Shown here piece by piece: positions 38,196 to 55,090 of a stretch of DNA of 64,000 bases. Origin of the DNA: the human T2T-CHM13v2.0 reference genome, Homo sapiens; NCBI RefSeq assembly GCF_009914755.1, contig NC_060926.1, one strand, 5' to 3'. Both the position numbers and the translations under genes were made by a program. Under the pieces are notes generated by a model. The model had not been told where the DNA came from, searched no databases, and saw nothing but the letters and a program-made list of their open reading frames with translations. Numbering within the stretch: the stretch's first letter is position 1; each line of letters starts with the position of its first letter.

Positions 38196-38609
38196 AAAGA
38201 AGTGACTTTGGCTTGTTTTTGACTCAAATCTAGCATGAAGCTTGGTTTCTTCGAAGACACAAACACTTTAAACATGAGAGATATTCAATAAAGATGAGTC
38301 ATCTTTCCCTGGATCTTTATAGTTTGTCCTCCATAAACATCACCTTATTTGTATATGAAGCTTTATTATCTGCACTAAATTCACTACAGATTGTTTCCAT
38401 TTTTCTCTCTTTAAGACCTGAGATTATCCTCAAGTACAATTAGGTAGCTTTATTTTAGAACAGTGGTTTCAGAATCTCTAAGTATTTTTTACACTAAAAC
38501 GATTTACTGAGCCTCCATATGATAGTGGCGGAATCCCACATTATGAAAATACAGAGCAATAAGCTACTATACATTCAACATTGTTTTTAGCTGTAAACCC
38601 TTGTTATCT

Positions 38610-39906
<1,297 letters not shown>

Positions 39907-40234
39907 TAATTTGTGGTTTTTATTATGTGCAGGTTGTATTATTTAATATTAATTTACAGATAAAATCTGATACACTTATGGACTCATAGATTTCTTACAA
40001 TTACTGAAGGAGTTAAAAGCATGATACCCCAAAATATCTTGCTCTGGCATATTGACTATTTTAAGTTAAAGGCACTTGAACAATAGCAGGTGCAAGAAGA
40101 TCACTCTGACCTTTCTTCAGTTTCTTAAAAGCAGGAGATGAAATTCCCATGTGAAAGATGCTCTCCCTATGCCAGAAGGAAAGCATTATTCTTACCTTCA
40201 AGGATAAGAAGTTGAGGCTGAAGGAAATCTGTAC

Positions 40235-41726
40235 AGTCTTAGCGCATTCTGAGTTGCTATAAAGGAATGCCTGAAGCTGGGTAATTTATAAGGAAAGAGG
40301 TTTATTTGGCTCTTGATTCTGCAGACTGTGCAAGAAACATGATGCCGGCATCTTCTTCTGGTGAGACCCTCAGGCTGCTTCCACTCCTGGTGGAAGGTGA
40401 AGGGGAACTGGCATGTGCAGAGATCACATGGGGAGAGAGGAAGCAAGAGAGAAGGGGAAAGTGCCTGGCTCCTTCTAATGATCAGCTCTTGTGGATACTA
40501 ATCGAGTGAGAACTAACTCACACCACCCCACCACCTCCCAGGGAGGGCATTAATCTATTTATAAGAGACCCATCCCTGTGATGAAAACACCTCCCATTAG
40601 GCTCCACCTCCAACACTGGGGACCAAATTTCAACATGAGATTTGGTGAAAACAAACCATGTTTTGGGAAGTCAGGGACCCCGAATGGAGGGACTGGCTGG
40701 AGCCACAGCAGAGGAACATAAATTGTGAAGATTTCATGGATATTTATCACTTCCCTGATAATACTCTTATAATAAATTTCTTACGCCTGTCTTACTTTAA
40801 TCTCTTAATCCTGTTATCTTCGTAAGCTGAGGATGTATATCACCTCAGGATCACTGTGATGATTGTGTTAACTGTACAAATTGATTGTAAAACATGTGTG
40901 TTTGAACAATATGAAATCAGTGCACCTTGAAAAAGAACAGAATAACAGCAATTTTTAGGGAACAAGGGAGGACAACCATAAGGTCTCACTGCCTGCAGGG
41001 TTGGGCAAAAAGAGCCATATTTTTCTTCTTGCAGAGAGCCTATAAACGGACATGCAAGTAGGAGAGATATCACTAAATTCTTTTCCTAGCAAGGAATATT
41101 AAGACCCTAGGAAAAGAATTGCATTCCTGGGGGGAGGTCTATAAATGGCCGCTCTGAGAGTATCTGTCTTATGCAGTCAAGATAAGGACTGAAATATGCC
41201 CTGGTCTCCTGCAGTACCCTCAGGCTTATTAGGGTGGGGAAAAAACTGCTCCCTGGTAAATTTGAGGTCAGACTGGTTCTCTGCTCTCAAACCCTGTTTT
41301 CTGTTGTTTAAGATGTTTATCAAGACAATATGTGCACAGCTGAACATAGACCCTTATCAGGAGTTTTTGATTTTGCTCTTTGCCTTGTGATCTTTGCTTT
41401 GCCCTTTGCCTTGTGATCTTTATTGGCCTCAGAAGCATGTGATCTTTGTTCTCCTTTTTGCCCTATGATGCATGTGATCTCTGTGACCTACTCCCTGTTT
41501 GTACACCTCCTCCCCTTTTGAAGTCCTTAATAAAAACCTGCAGGTTTTGTGGCTCAGGTGGGCATCACAGTCCTACCACTATGTGACGTCACCCCTTAGC
41601 AGCCCAGCTGTAAAATTCCACTCTTTGTACTCTTTCTCTTTCTCAGACCGCCAACACTTAGACAAAATATCATGTTGAAATACGGGGGGCGGTTTCCCCC
41701 GATAAAACCACATCCAAACTATAGCA
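40235..41726 (-). mobile_element. MSTB-type LTR interrupted by MER11A
   Basis: ttgctataaaggaatgcctga...catccaaactatagca. Confidence 0.85.
40659..41704 (+). mobile_element. MER11A (HERV-K11/HML-8) solo LTR
   Basis: gggaagtcagggaccccgaatggagggac start; perfect 6-bp TSD AAACCA. Confidence 0.92.
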
Positions 41727-42642
41727 CAAATCTAATTTCACTAACCCTTATCTTCCTGGCTGTTTCACCCAAGTAACTACCCTAGCCCAAGGCCCTTTGC
41801 TTTCTCACATATTCATAATTTACTACTCTTTGTTCCATTCAGTATATAAGTGTTCAACCCTAACTGCATCTTTGGGTCTTCATTTTCTTATGAGGGCTCC
41901 TGTGCCACATAAAACATGGATTAAATAAATTTGTATGCTTTTCTTCTGTTGATCTGTCTTATGTCAATTTAATTCTCAGCACCCCACAACCGAAAAAATC
42001 TCTAAGAGGGTAGAGGTAAAATTTTGCCTCCCCTACATTAACCCACATGCTAGGGGAACCAATGTTTTAAAGTACACTAAAAACTCATAATTTTGAATCA
42101 ATCGTGAGGAAAGCATCCATTCAGTAAATTCTGAAAAGAGATGACCTCAACATGAATACAATTCTATTAGTTTAAAACAGGGCAATGTAGGGTACTTTAA
42201 CAGGCTCTCCTGGCTCCAAACGTCTCCTACCCCAAGCCCTGCATGACTGTCTAAAATATATCTGTAATCAATCCCTTTGGAATAAGTTATTGAAGGCTTT
42301 TTGTTAAGGAGCAGCACCTTTTCTGGGAAGGGAACACTTTCAAACCACACACGCTTTAGCTGGATTTGACCAGCTGAATCATTAGATTTGGTGAATCTAA
42401 TGATCTAAGTTGCCATCTAGCAGGAATGTGAGGGAATGAGATGCAGAGGATGTTCTGATGCTGCATGGGGGTTCTGCTAATTGAGGAGTCTGGTAACCAG
42501 CTTAGGCAACCAGAGAAAATAGAGAAAGGTGCAGGGTGAGAGCAAGAGAGGGACTGACCCCAGGCCCAGGGTTCCATGGATCAGAGATTCCAGGATTGTT
42601 TACTAATGTCTGAACAGATTAAAGGGGATGGTTTGTAATTAA

Positions 42643-43081
<439 letters not shown>

Positions 43082-43659
43082 TAACATCTCCCTTGAAATT
43101 TTATTTATGCTGCTTATATGTGACAGCCTCAAGGACACTTCTGCTTGGTGGGGGCAGCCCTGGTCGAAGCAGGTCCTCAACTTCAAATCTGTGGACACTT
43201 TGGGTTTCCTGTGGATTCCTGCTCGAGCCTCTCTTTGTCCAGGCACTTTCTTCAGTTCTCTTTTGTTCCATTCCCTGCAGGTGCAGGGTCTCTGCCCTGT
43301 TGCTCTAAATAAGCCCAAGCCAGAGTTCCAGCTCTGGACTTACCTGTCTGGCAAGGGAAGAAGGACAAGAATAAATATTCTTTGCTTTCATGAGCTCTGT
43401 AGATGGTAGTGATATAAATAAGTTTGATAATGGTATACAAAAAAAGACAAAAATGAGATTCATACTGACGTTGGGGGGTTGGTATGGGTGTGATGATGAT
43501 GTGACCCTACAAGATGAGGGACCTACAAGGTGAGGAAGTGAAATTGACATTTCATCAGGAATGTTCATTCTGATCAGCAGCTAGGGCTGAGGCTTATGGT
43601 TTTCAGTTGAATGTAGCTGTGCTTACAGTAGGCTCTACCCTCTCCCAGTAGACCTCCAG

Positions 43660-44765
43660 GCAGAGGGGTGCAGGAGTGAGAGCTGACTGTTACAGTTTAG
43701 GAATTTTGCAACCTGGTGGTCAAACACAGCCATTATTTAAGCTTAAATTATATGCCATTATTGTATAAATTATATAAAAATTATATATTGAAAACAAAGG
43801 TAATAAATACTCAAAAACCATCAATTCTTAATTGTCTTACTACACTTTGCTGCTGTTCTTGAGGTTATTTGGTGCCTGTCTGGGGGAAATACCACATAAT
43901 CATGTACTGCTACATGTCCTGCCCAACTCCACATTCAGTGACGTCAGCCATGAAATCAGCTGCGGTTGGAGTTTTTACATCATAGAATTACAAATATTGA
44001 AAGCCAGGGCTTGATTTATTATTTTTTTGATTGTGTAGATTTAAGAAATGGTTGAACCATGGAATGCTATGTAGTCATAAAAAATGAAATTATGTCCTTT
44101 GCAGCAACATGGATGCAGCTGGAGTTCATTATCCTAGGCAAATCAATGCAAGAACAGAAAACCAATACAGCATGTAACTTGTAATTGGGAGCTAGACATG
44201 AGTTACACATGGACATAAAGATGGGAACAATAAACAATAGGGACTATGAGAAGGGAGAGAGAGGGAGAGGGGCAGGGGCTGATAAACTACCTATAGGGTA
44301 CTATGCTCACCACCTGTGTGACGGGATCATTCGTATCTCAAACCTAAGCATCAGGCAACATGCCCATGTAACAAACCTGCGTTTGTACACTCTGAGTCTA
44401 AAATAAAAGTTGAAATTATTTTTTACAAAGGTGTGGAAGAAAAATGTTAATGCAGATTATACATGTGTCTGTAGTTGTTACAATGTGAATAGTACAAACA
44501 CTAAGAGAATATTCTAGTTTTCAAAAACTATTATTTGATTCAGTACAAGGAAGTCATTCACATCATTGGTGAATGAGTGAAGTTCCAACATACATTTTCA
44601 TTATCTTTCTTTTGCCTTACTCATTAAAGTAAATGAAAACATCAACCAAAACTCATGGTGGAACTACACTCAAAGATACAATTATAAGATATTTACCAGC
44701 AAACAGCTGTCAGGAGGCCACAATTCACTCTAAAAATTCAGTTCTGATTAGCCAGCACTGCCCTC
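43660..44765. mobile_element. MER63D-like hAT-Blackjack element split by an L1 3' fragment
   Basis: cccaactccacattcagtgacgtca; aaacaaaggtaataaatactcaaaa. Confidence 0.6.
44057..44420 (+). mobile_element. L1PA15/16-like 3' end
   Basis: atgtcctttgcagcaacatggatgcagctgg...tctaaaataaaagttgaaa. Confidence 0.85.
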
Positions 44766-44940
44766 TGTGGATGAGAAGAAGCTTTTGTTTATTGTACAAA
44801 ATCTTAAAAATGTATCGATAAGCAAAAATAAAGTAAAAAGCTCCTGTAATTTCTCCACCAAGAGATAACATGACTCATATGCATATACGTATTTTTAAAC
44901 AAATATTGAATTATAGCTATAAAGGGAAGACTTTTTAAAA

Positions 44941-44942
<2 letters not shown>

Positions 44943-44986
<44 letters not shown>
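44943..44986. repeat. (GT)22 microsatellite
   Basis: Perfect dinucleotide run. Confidence 0.97.
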
Positions 44987-44990
<4 letters not shown>

Positions 44991-45493
44991 GAGCATTTGG
45001 AGAGCATCTTTCCATGTTATTCAGATTTTTAATTATTCCATAGAAGGCTGTCGTACTGATTATAACTTATTTCACCAGTCCTCAATGATTGAACATTTGG
45101 ATCATTCCCAATTTGTGGCAATTAAAAATACAACCTTAGGAAAATAAATAAATAAAACAAACAAGTGACAAATAAAAAAGACAACCCTACAAAGCACTTC
45201 TTTGCAGCTAAATAATACATCCTTTTTTTTCCTTAGGAGAAATTTCTAGAAAAAAGGTGCATGCATGACTAGGCCTTTTCCCCCTCTTTTCTCCTTTTCT
45301 TTCTTCAGGGAATGCCATCCCAGTCCTATACTAAGTCTTTAAAAGACCTCCCCTGATAAACTGGAAGCTCCATGTGGGCAGGGACTGTGTCTGCAAGTTG
45401 ATCCCTCTAGCTTCAACCTGTGGCCCAGTGCCTGATGTGGGGACATATTCAATGCATATTTGCTGAATGTAAGAAGGAAAGAGGAAGGGTTGG

Positions 45494-45868
45494 TGTATTA
45501 GTTTGCCAGGGTTAACAACACAGTATCACAGACCAGGTGGTTTCAACAGCAGAAATGTATTTCCTCACCATTCTAAAGGCTAGGAGTCTGAGGTCAAAGT
45601 ATCAACAGGCTGGTTTCTTCCAGGTTTCTGGTTTCTTCTGTCCTGGACTTGTAGATGACCAGTTTCTCCCTCTGTCTTCACATGGTCGTTCCTCTGAGTC
45701 TATGTCCTTATCTATTCTTCTTAATCCAATCATATTGGATTAAGGCCCATCCTAATGGCCTCCTCATTTTAACTTAATTGCCCTTGAAGATTCCTTTTCC
45801 AAATACAGTCACATTTTGATAGGACTTGAACATATGAATTTTGCAGGGGACCTAATTTAGCCCACACA
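45494..45868 (-). mobile_element. MLT1A/C-like MaLR LTR
   Basis: tgtattagtttgccaggg...tccaaatacagtcacatt. Confidence 0.75.
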
Positions 45869-45946
45869 GTTGTGCAGATTGCCATGTGGGGTTGTGGTAA
45901 GTTAGAGCCAAAAAGGATGGATGTCTCTGGAGACCAAAGTAATGAA

Positions 45947-46450
45947 TTTTCTTGAGACAGAGTCTCACTCTGTGACCTAGGGGCTAGAGTGCAGTGTCAA
46001 ATCACAGCTCACTGCAGCCTCCACCTCCCAGGCTCAAGCGATCCTCCTGTGACAGCCAGGTGGGAGGGGGTCCTGGAGAAACTCCAACCAGCCTGCCCAC
46101 TGAGGTGGAGCCTTGGAAGTTCACTGCATTTGCAGCAGGGAGGAGCCTGGCCCCTCCGCTTCTTGGGTGGAATCTGGGATTCAAATGCTGGGCAGGAAGC
46201 ACTCTAGCTGGGACTCTGGCCTAGTGAGAGTCCCTGTTTCCCCCTTTTCTTCCTTTTAACCCAATAAAACCCTGTCTTACTCACCTTTCAAACTGTCTGT
46301 GAACCTAAATCTTCGTGGCCATAGGATAGACAAGGACCCCATCTTTAGCTGAACTAAGGAAAAGTTCTGCAACATTCCAACTTCAGCCTCCTAAATAGCT
46401 GGGACCACACACAGGGTTATGCCAGCATATGTGGCTTTTTTTTTTTTTTT
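45947..46450 (-). mobile_element. AluJ right arm split by MER61
   Basis: Alu sequence resumes after the LTR (cttcagcctcctaaatagctgggacc). Confidence 0.8.
46048..46374 (+). mobile_element. MER61 (ERV1) solo LTR
   Basis: tgtgacagccaggtgggagggg...gcaaca; TSD ctcc/ttcc. Confidence 0.82.
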
Positions 46451-46451
46451 A

Positions 46452-47480
<1,029 letters not shown>

Positions 47481-48808
47481 TCCAGGTCTTTGGCAGGATA
47501 TTTTGGTTTTATTTGATGGGATAGAGAGAGTTGTGAATCCTCTGCTTTTATGTTTCCCTTTTTTCTTGCAGGAACCTAAAATTTCCATCTTTTCTTTTTT
47601 AACTCTTCCCACCTAGTGCCAAAGAATGTTTTTTTTTTTCTTTTCTTTTTTGTTTCTTTTGTTCTTTCTCAGAACTTTTGGGTTTCAATGATTGCCCCCT
47701 TTAAATTGCCCAGACTTCCAAGTTCCTTCCTGAAGTCCATGCTCTGATCTCAGACTAGGGTGGACCTAGACTTTCTAGTGTTAAATCAAACTCAGGATCC
47801 TTCACAAGCTTCCCTATTTTGCCTTCCCTGCAGCTCTCTAGGTTTGCTTTTGTTTGCCCTAAGGGCTAGGGTGTGGTGAGGGAATGAGAAATTATGTTCT
47901 GAGGACTTATTATTCTCTTTCTATTCATAATTATTTTGAAGTTTGGACATTCTGTCTTTAGGTTATGCTGAAGGTGTGGCTTGCATATAAATTCACTTTT
48001 TGTCCTTTGTTTGGATCCATGAAGAGGCAGGTGGCTATGCTGTTGCTGTTGCCTGAGCCTACCCTGAAGCCCCTTAACCTCACTTTTGTTAAAAATTGTA
48101 GCAGAAGTGCAATTTGCCTACCAGATTCCTTTTCTCTCTCATTCTTCCTTGATAACAAAACCCCAGTTTGCACAGGAAGAATCAGATATGCAGCGTTGGC
48201 ATTTTAAAATCTAATTTCTAGGCTCCTGTGACCAAGTAGCACAGTTTGGTCAAACAGACATAAGCAGCAATCGATGGGGTGGGGTTTGTGGAAAAGTCTG
48301 AGTGTCTATGGAAATGGTCAGACTGAGCTAGCAAAGCCCTTTGCCCTATTCCTTCCCTCATTTTTCTTCCTGGATCACTCAGACATAACACCTGGAGAAG
48401 CAGCAGTTATTTTGTGGCCATAAGCATGAAAGCCAAAAGGTAAGGATGATGGAACAGAAAAATAGTAGGAGCCTGCATATTTGAGGAGCTGGGTCAGCTC
48501 TGGATTTCCTCTTCCCAGATTTCTGGTAATATAAGAAATATAAACCTCTTTATTAATTAAGGCCTGATGTTTTAGGTCTCTGTTGAGGGCTGTATATACG
48601 ATCAATACTTTGATTTACTGAGGCATTTCCTCCTTTGCATTGACAAGATTATCATTTCCACAGCTCAACTTGACTAGGGTCCCACTAACCTACTACACAT
48701 GCTATTCCTTATGTCTCAGTTGTACGTTAAAAGGCTCAAGATTTACATCAATAGAGGAGTACAGAGAAGACATTCCTGTAGGTATCTTTCTCCAGTAGTC
48801 TATACAGA

Positions 48809-49406
48809 TGTTGGAAATAAATTTTCAGTGCCACAAATAAATAGCACTCAAACATAAATTTAATTTTCTCAGCAAGGCAATTTTACTTCTGTAGAAGGGT
48901 GTATCTTGTGGATGGAGCAATGGCGAGAGCACACCTGAACAAGGGAGGGGAAGGGGTTCTTATCCCTGACGCAGGTAGCCCCTACTGCTGTGTCGTTCCC
49001 CTATTGGCTAGGGTTGGACCACACAGTCTAAGCTAATTCTGATTGGCTATTTTAAAAAGAGCAGGGGTACGAGCTGGAGTGGCAGGGTGACTAGTTTGGT
49101 GGGAAGGATGGTTACAGAACAGGTGACTCAGGGTGACTAAGAACAGAGCAGGTGACCAAAGATGACTAAGGTCAGAGTAGGTGACCGGGGTGACTAAGGT
49201 CAGAGCAGGTGATAGAGGCTAGGAGGGGGTTATTTACTGAAACTAGGGGCAAGAGACGTAAAGAATGAGGAAGTTTAAAATGAAGAACAAAGAACAAGAG
49301 AGCTGAACATACTGATACATTAGTTCTTTGGAGAGGATCTCAGAACTCATTGTACTTAACAATTTACTGGCTAAAACCTTTGAAGAGGAATTTATTATAT
49401 CCTACG
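48809..49406 (-). mobile_element. LTR10 (A/F-like, ERV1) solo LTR with internal AP-1 tandem repeat
   Basis: tgttggaaataa...atatcctacg termini, perfect TSD CAGA, ~28-bp units containing TGACT(C/A)A. Confidence 0.85.
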
Positions 49407-49639
49407 CAGACACAGAAAGTTTTGTTGTGAAGAAAGAAATTTTAATTTTTTAATTTTTTATTTGTATAAATCTAAGGGGTGCAGTTTTGTTACGTGGATA
49501 TATTATGTAGTAGTGAAGTCTGGGCTTTTCGTGTAACCATCATTCAAATAATGTACATTGTACTCATTAGGTAGTCTCTCATCTCTCACCCACTCTCACC
49601 CTTTCACCCTTTCAAGGGAACTAGAAAAAGGAAGACATT

Positions 49640-50095
49640 TTTAATACTCACATATTCCTAGAAAACAGAAGCAGGACCTCTAGGGAAGTAGGACTGGGGT
49701 GGTCAGAAAGCAGAGGGAATGAGAGGGAAATGTGGGAAAGGGCCTTTATTGTGGTTGTCTGCAGAAGGAACAGGCAAGACAGAGTGAGCAGGTTTAGAAT
49801 GAACTATTTTGAATAATTTCAGCAAGGTCTGGGGCAATGGGGCTGTCCCTAGTTGCCTGGTACCTGGCCCAGGGGTGATTAGGAGAGGGATACAGTTTCA
49901 CAGAGTATAAGAACCAAATAAAGAAGGTGATTGGTAATGTAGGCTCTGAATTAGTTGGTTTGCATATGAAAGGTGCAAACATTTGCTATCTCTGGAAATT
50001 AGCTAACCCTGGGAAGGACAAATCCTCCAGGTCAGCAACTCCCTGGATGTGAAAGCTTCAAATTCAGAAACTAGAAAAGCATGGTTTTCGCAAAT
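49640..50095 (-). mobile_element. MER74/MER54-like ERVL LTR, preceded by a short antisense L1MA 3' piece (~49445-49615)
   Basis: ggtttgcatatgaaaggtgc...tttgctatctctggaaattagc. Confidence 0.6.
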
Positions 50096-51212
50096 ATTAC
50101 TGCAATGACCTCAGTTTCTTGTAAAGACCATCTGATAAAACATTCTTGTCAGATATAAGCTAATTCATAAGGTAATTCTGTATTCTGTAGTGCTCTCTAC
50201 TAAGTACACATATTACAATTTACATCACCATCACATACTAACACAGCTTCTGGTTTTGGGCTCTCTGCCATGTGGGTCCTCAATAAATAAAGCTTAATGA
50301 ATGCTATAGAGTCTTTCAATAAGAAACTAAATGCCACCAATGACAGCACAGTTAATCAGTGGCAAAACCGGGAATTGATCTTAGGCTTCTTGCTTCCAAA
50401 TGCATTGTTATCCAGTAAGATTATGCTTTGCCAGAGCAAAAGTCTATGCAGCTGCTCTTGAGAAAGTCTCAATAATAAACGTTAGGTAATAATTGTCTCA
50501 CTTCTGGTCTAAAATCAGGAGCCTATTTAAAGGATTGACTCTGGGAAATTTGAGAGAAGCTCCAGGAAGAGTTTTCTCCACTTCTGTTTTCTGGACTTGC
50601 AATGTCTCATTGAATTCCTTCCCAAATATGAATCATAGCAAGCCTCAGTGAATCTAGAAATCTGGTAGTCTTGGAGGCATCAGTAATAACTGCAAACCAG
50701 CAACAATTAGGAAAATCCCAACACCCTGAGCTGATGGTTTCTTTCTTTCTTTATTTTTTTTTTTTTTTGGCAATGAAACAAAGTTTAAGAGACCCAAAAC
50801 AACCTTCAAGGTCATATCTTTATTCGTTCCCACTTATATCTCTACTTCCTAGAACAAAAAACCCCCAGTAATGATCTGTGAACCATAAATCTTGTGATTC
50901 AGTTCTATGATTATTATTTTTCTCGACCTAAACTGTATATACCCTTTATGATTTAATTTTGAACTCAAGTGGCCTACTCTTGCTGCTTAGCTATGGATAG
51001 GAGCTTGGGTATGTGTCTAAAATGTTACTTTAACAATTGTTTGACTCTCTCATCTACTCTCACCTCATAGGAAATTATGGCCTCTTTGGATGGGTGCTCT
51101 GTAGCTGCCACCAGTTGTCAACCAGCCATGATGATGACTGTTTTATTGATTGGCCACCAGTCAGGCTATTGTCATTTGTATTTCCAGCAGAAGGAAGAAA
51201 TGTCATTTTATT

Positions 51213-51345
51213 TTATATATATTAAATATATATATATTTTCTATATATATGTACACACACATATATGTATGTGTATATATATACATTATATATATATACA
51301 CACATATGTATGTATATACACACACACACATATATATGTATGTAT

Positions 51346-51426
<81 letters not shown>

Positions 51427-51427
51427 C
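51213..51427. repeat. Compound (TA)/(CA)/(GA) microsatellite
   Basis: Directly visible. Confidence 0.95.
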
Positions 51428-51429
51428 GG

Positions 51430-52515
<1,086 letters not shown>

Positions 52516-52539
52516 AGGCATAGATTTAAAAAAAAAATT

Positions 52540-52701
<162 letters not shown>

Positions 52702-53268
52702 TAAATTTGTAAATTTTACACAGATTTTAAAGAAAAATAACCATGACCTAAAATTTTCATATTCTAGGATCTCCAGTGTTGCTCAAAAGGAACATTTCCA
52801 TAATTTGAACTACCTGCAAAAATATTGACAATTATAATTTAATTTATGAAATCTAACATACTATACTTGAACTTTCAGCTGAGTGAGAAAATGTTAAGTT
52901 TGCTGTCGATGTTTACACATGGAAATTTAGTTTGCTAAATTTATGAAGTTTTAATTAATGTTATCTTAGTAATGTGTGAATATTTGGAGAATGTCAATTG
53001 CCTGAAGGTTTATAAATTTGATTTTAGACAAAGTACAAATAGTGAACATTTTTTTCCTCATACAGAATTTCCCTTGGGCATTAAGTAAATACTCAAAGAA
53101 ATAGGCATTAAAAAAATTAAGGTTTTCTTAAATGTCTTAAACACTAAAAAATAAATGAAATCAATATTGCAATGATTGCAAAACTGATCGGTTCACTTGG
53201 TTATAAAAGTATTTGTATGGTGTATTTATTTTTAAATTTTCTTTATTTATATTTCTATTCTTTCTCAG

Positions 53269-53358
53269 GCTAACCTCTCAAGCTCTTGAAGGTTATAAGA
53301 GGGATTGATAGTCCATGATTCAGGTCTTGAGATAAAAGGCACGAACGTCCCTCCCAAG
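53269..53358 (+). other. Candidate exon (90 bp) of an unidentified transcript
   Basis: Long polypyrimidine tract + CAG acceptor and consensus AAG|GTGAGT donor; no fully open frame. Confidence 0.5.
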
Positions 53359-55090
53359 GTGAGTTATTTGAGTCTGTCATCCAATTGGATGAACTTTGTT
53401 AATAGTTATACTTCTTACATTGCCTCAGGAGCTACAAAATGCTAACGTGTTGACTTTGATCCATAGAGATGTTTTGATTTTTTATGATGTAGATGTTCCT
53501 GCAAAATGACTTATCTTTATAGGAAGGATGATAAAAAATCTAATTCCCTGCCGTGTTTTGGGTGTCTTTTTTTTTTTTTAAAAGCACAACTTAATAGCTT
53601 GTCTTTGCAACTGTTATTCTGAGTATCTTTTCTTTATCATATATTGTAGGATAAGTTTATTTTGCAGTTACTTGTTTTGCGTCATCCTAGTCTTTGTTAA
53701 ATCTAAAGACCTTGAACAAATTTGGTTTTCTTTCTCATCAACCACTAAGACCCGTAAGATTTTGTCACCTTTATATATCACTACTATAAATAATTATGTT
53801 ATAACTATGAATAATTGATATCTGATAATTATATGAATAAATAATATATATATCATTCAAAGATAAATTTTTTATTCTTTAGGAATTTTCAAGCTAAAAT
53901 AACCAAAATAGATTGGAATGTATCTGTAAGTTAATGCTTTTTTTTTAAGCTCTTAATATATTTAGGCCTCAGTTGCTCCCTCAGAGGATTATAATACTTC
54001 TTCCCTCTATTGGTTTTTTTTTTTTTGGTTGTTGTAAAAATAACTTGAACTATAGGTTGTGAAGTTTCTTTGTAAATTACTGTCTAAATGATTGTATTTG
54101 ATATAATGACTATTCTTGATATAGCACACACTGATAATGTAATAAACCAATAAATCTGAGCACACGTGAGTCATAAGGGGTAATTACATCTCTTTTTATC
54201 TGTGTGTCTATGGTGAAACATGAATGCAGAAGAGAAAGAGAAGAGGCAATGTTTCTGTCTTAGAGTAATAGTTTATCATTGCCCTTAGGATATCCCTAGC
54301 AAGTTACAATGAAAGTGAAGACAGGTAACACAGTAAAAAGTGAAATACATTTCAGAGAAGGGAAAACAAGATAAAAATTTGGAGAAAGATGAATTCTCAA
54401 TAAATATTTATTTCATGAGTGAACAAATTAATTGGATAGGAGAGAGAAAGTCAGCTGCCGTTTTTCTCTTACTATTTATATGGGAAACCTCCAGAAAGAT
54501 AAGCACCATGAGTTGGTAGAAGTGGGAATCTTGGTAAGGAGAGCGTACTTGACTTTGAAAGAGACAAGAAGTATTCTTGCAATGTTTGTAGGTCTGCAGA
54601 GAGGAAGACAAATGTAGATCCTTCCCAGAACTATTGATTTTATATTCTTTATCTCTGAATCAGTTGAGCCTCTCATTTTAGTCATTCTCCTCCCTTTTCA
54701 AGCTGTTTAAAGTTTGAAATTAGCATCATACATCAGAACAAACTCTCTTGCTAAGTCATAGCTCTCCTTTATGTGTTCAGTGATTGTATTTTTATCCATG
54801 AATCACCAGTTCTCTAGATGACATACCTTCCTTCCTCCACTCCTTGCTAAGTAAATTTGTTTATTTCACCATTTGTTCTCTTCACAGTCTAAATGTTAAG
54901 CACATTCCCATAATTATTGAGGATTTGTGATTTTTAAATAATGACCCCAAAAGGCTGCTGAGACCTCCCTATCCAAGCACACCTCGTTTAATTGTGCTTT
55001 GCTTTATTACCCTTCACAGATACTGCATTTTTTACAAGTTGAAGATTTGTGGCAACTCTTCATTGAGCAAGTCCATCAGTATCATTTTTC

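Larger units (their letters stand above)
40005..42037 (+). mobile_element. ERV1 LTR (MER34/LTR48-49 group) interrupted by MSTB and MER11A
   Basis: tgaagg...ccctaca termini, TSD ttac/ttaa. Confidence 0.7.

Noticed and set aside
42378-42404. Perfect 11-bp hairpin ATCATTAGATT-TGGTG-AATCTAATGAT
   Set aside because: One AT-rich stem of this size is plausible by chance in 64 kb; no other support
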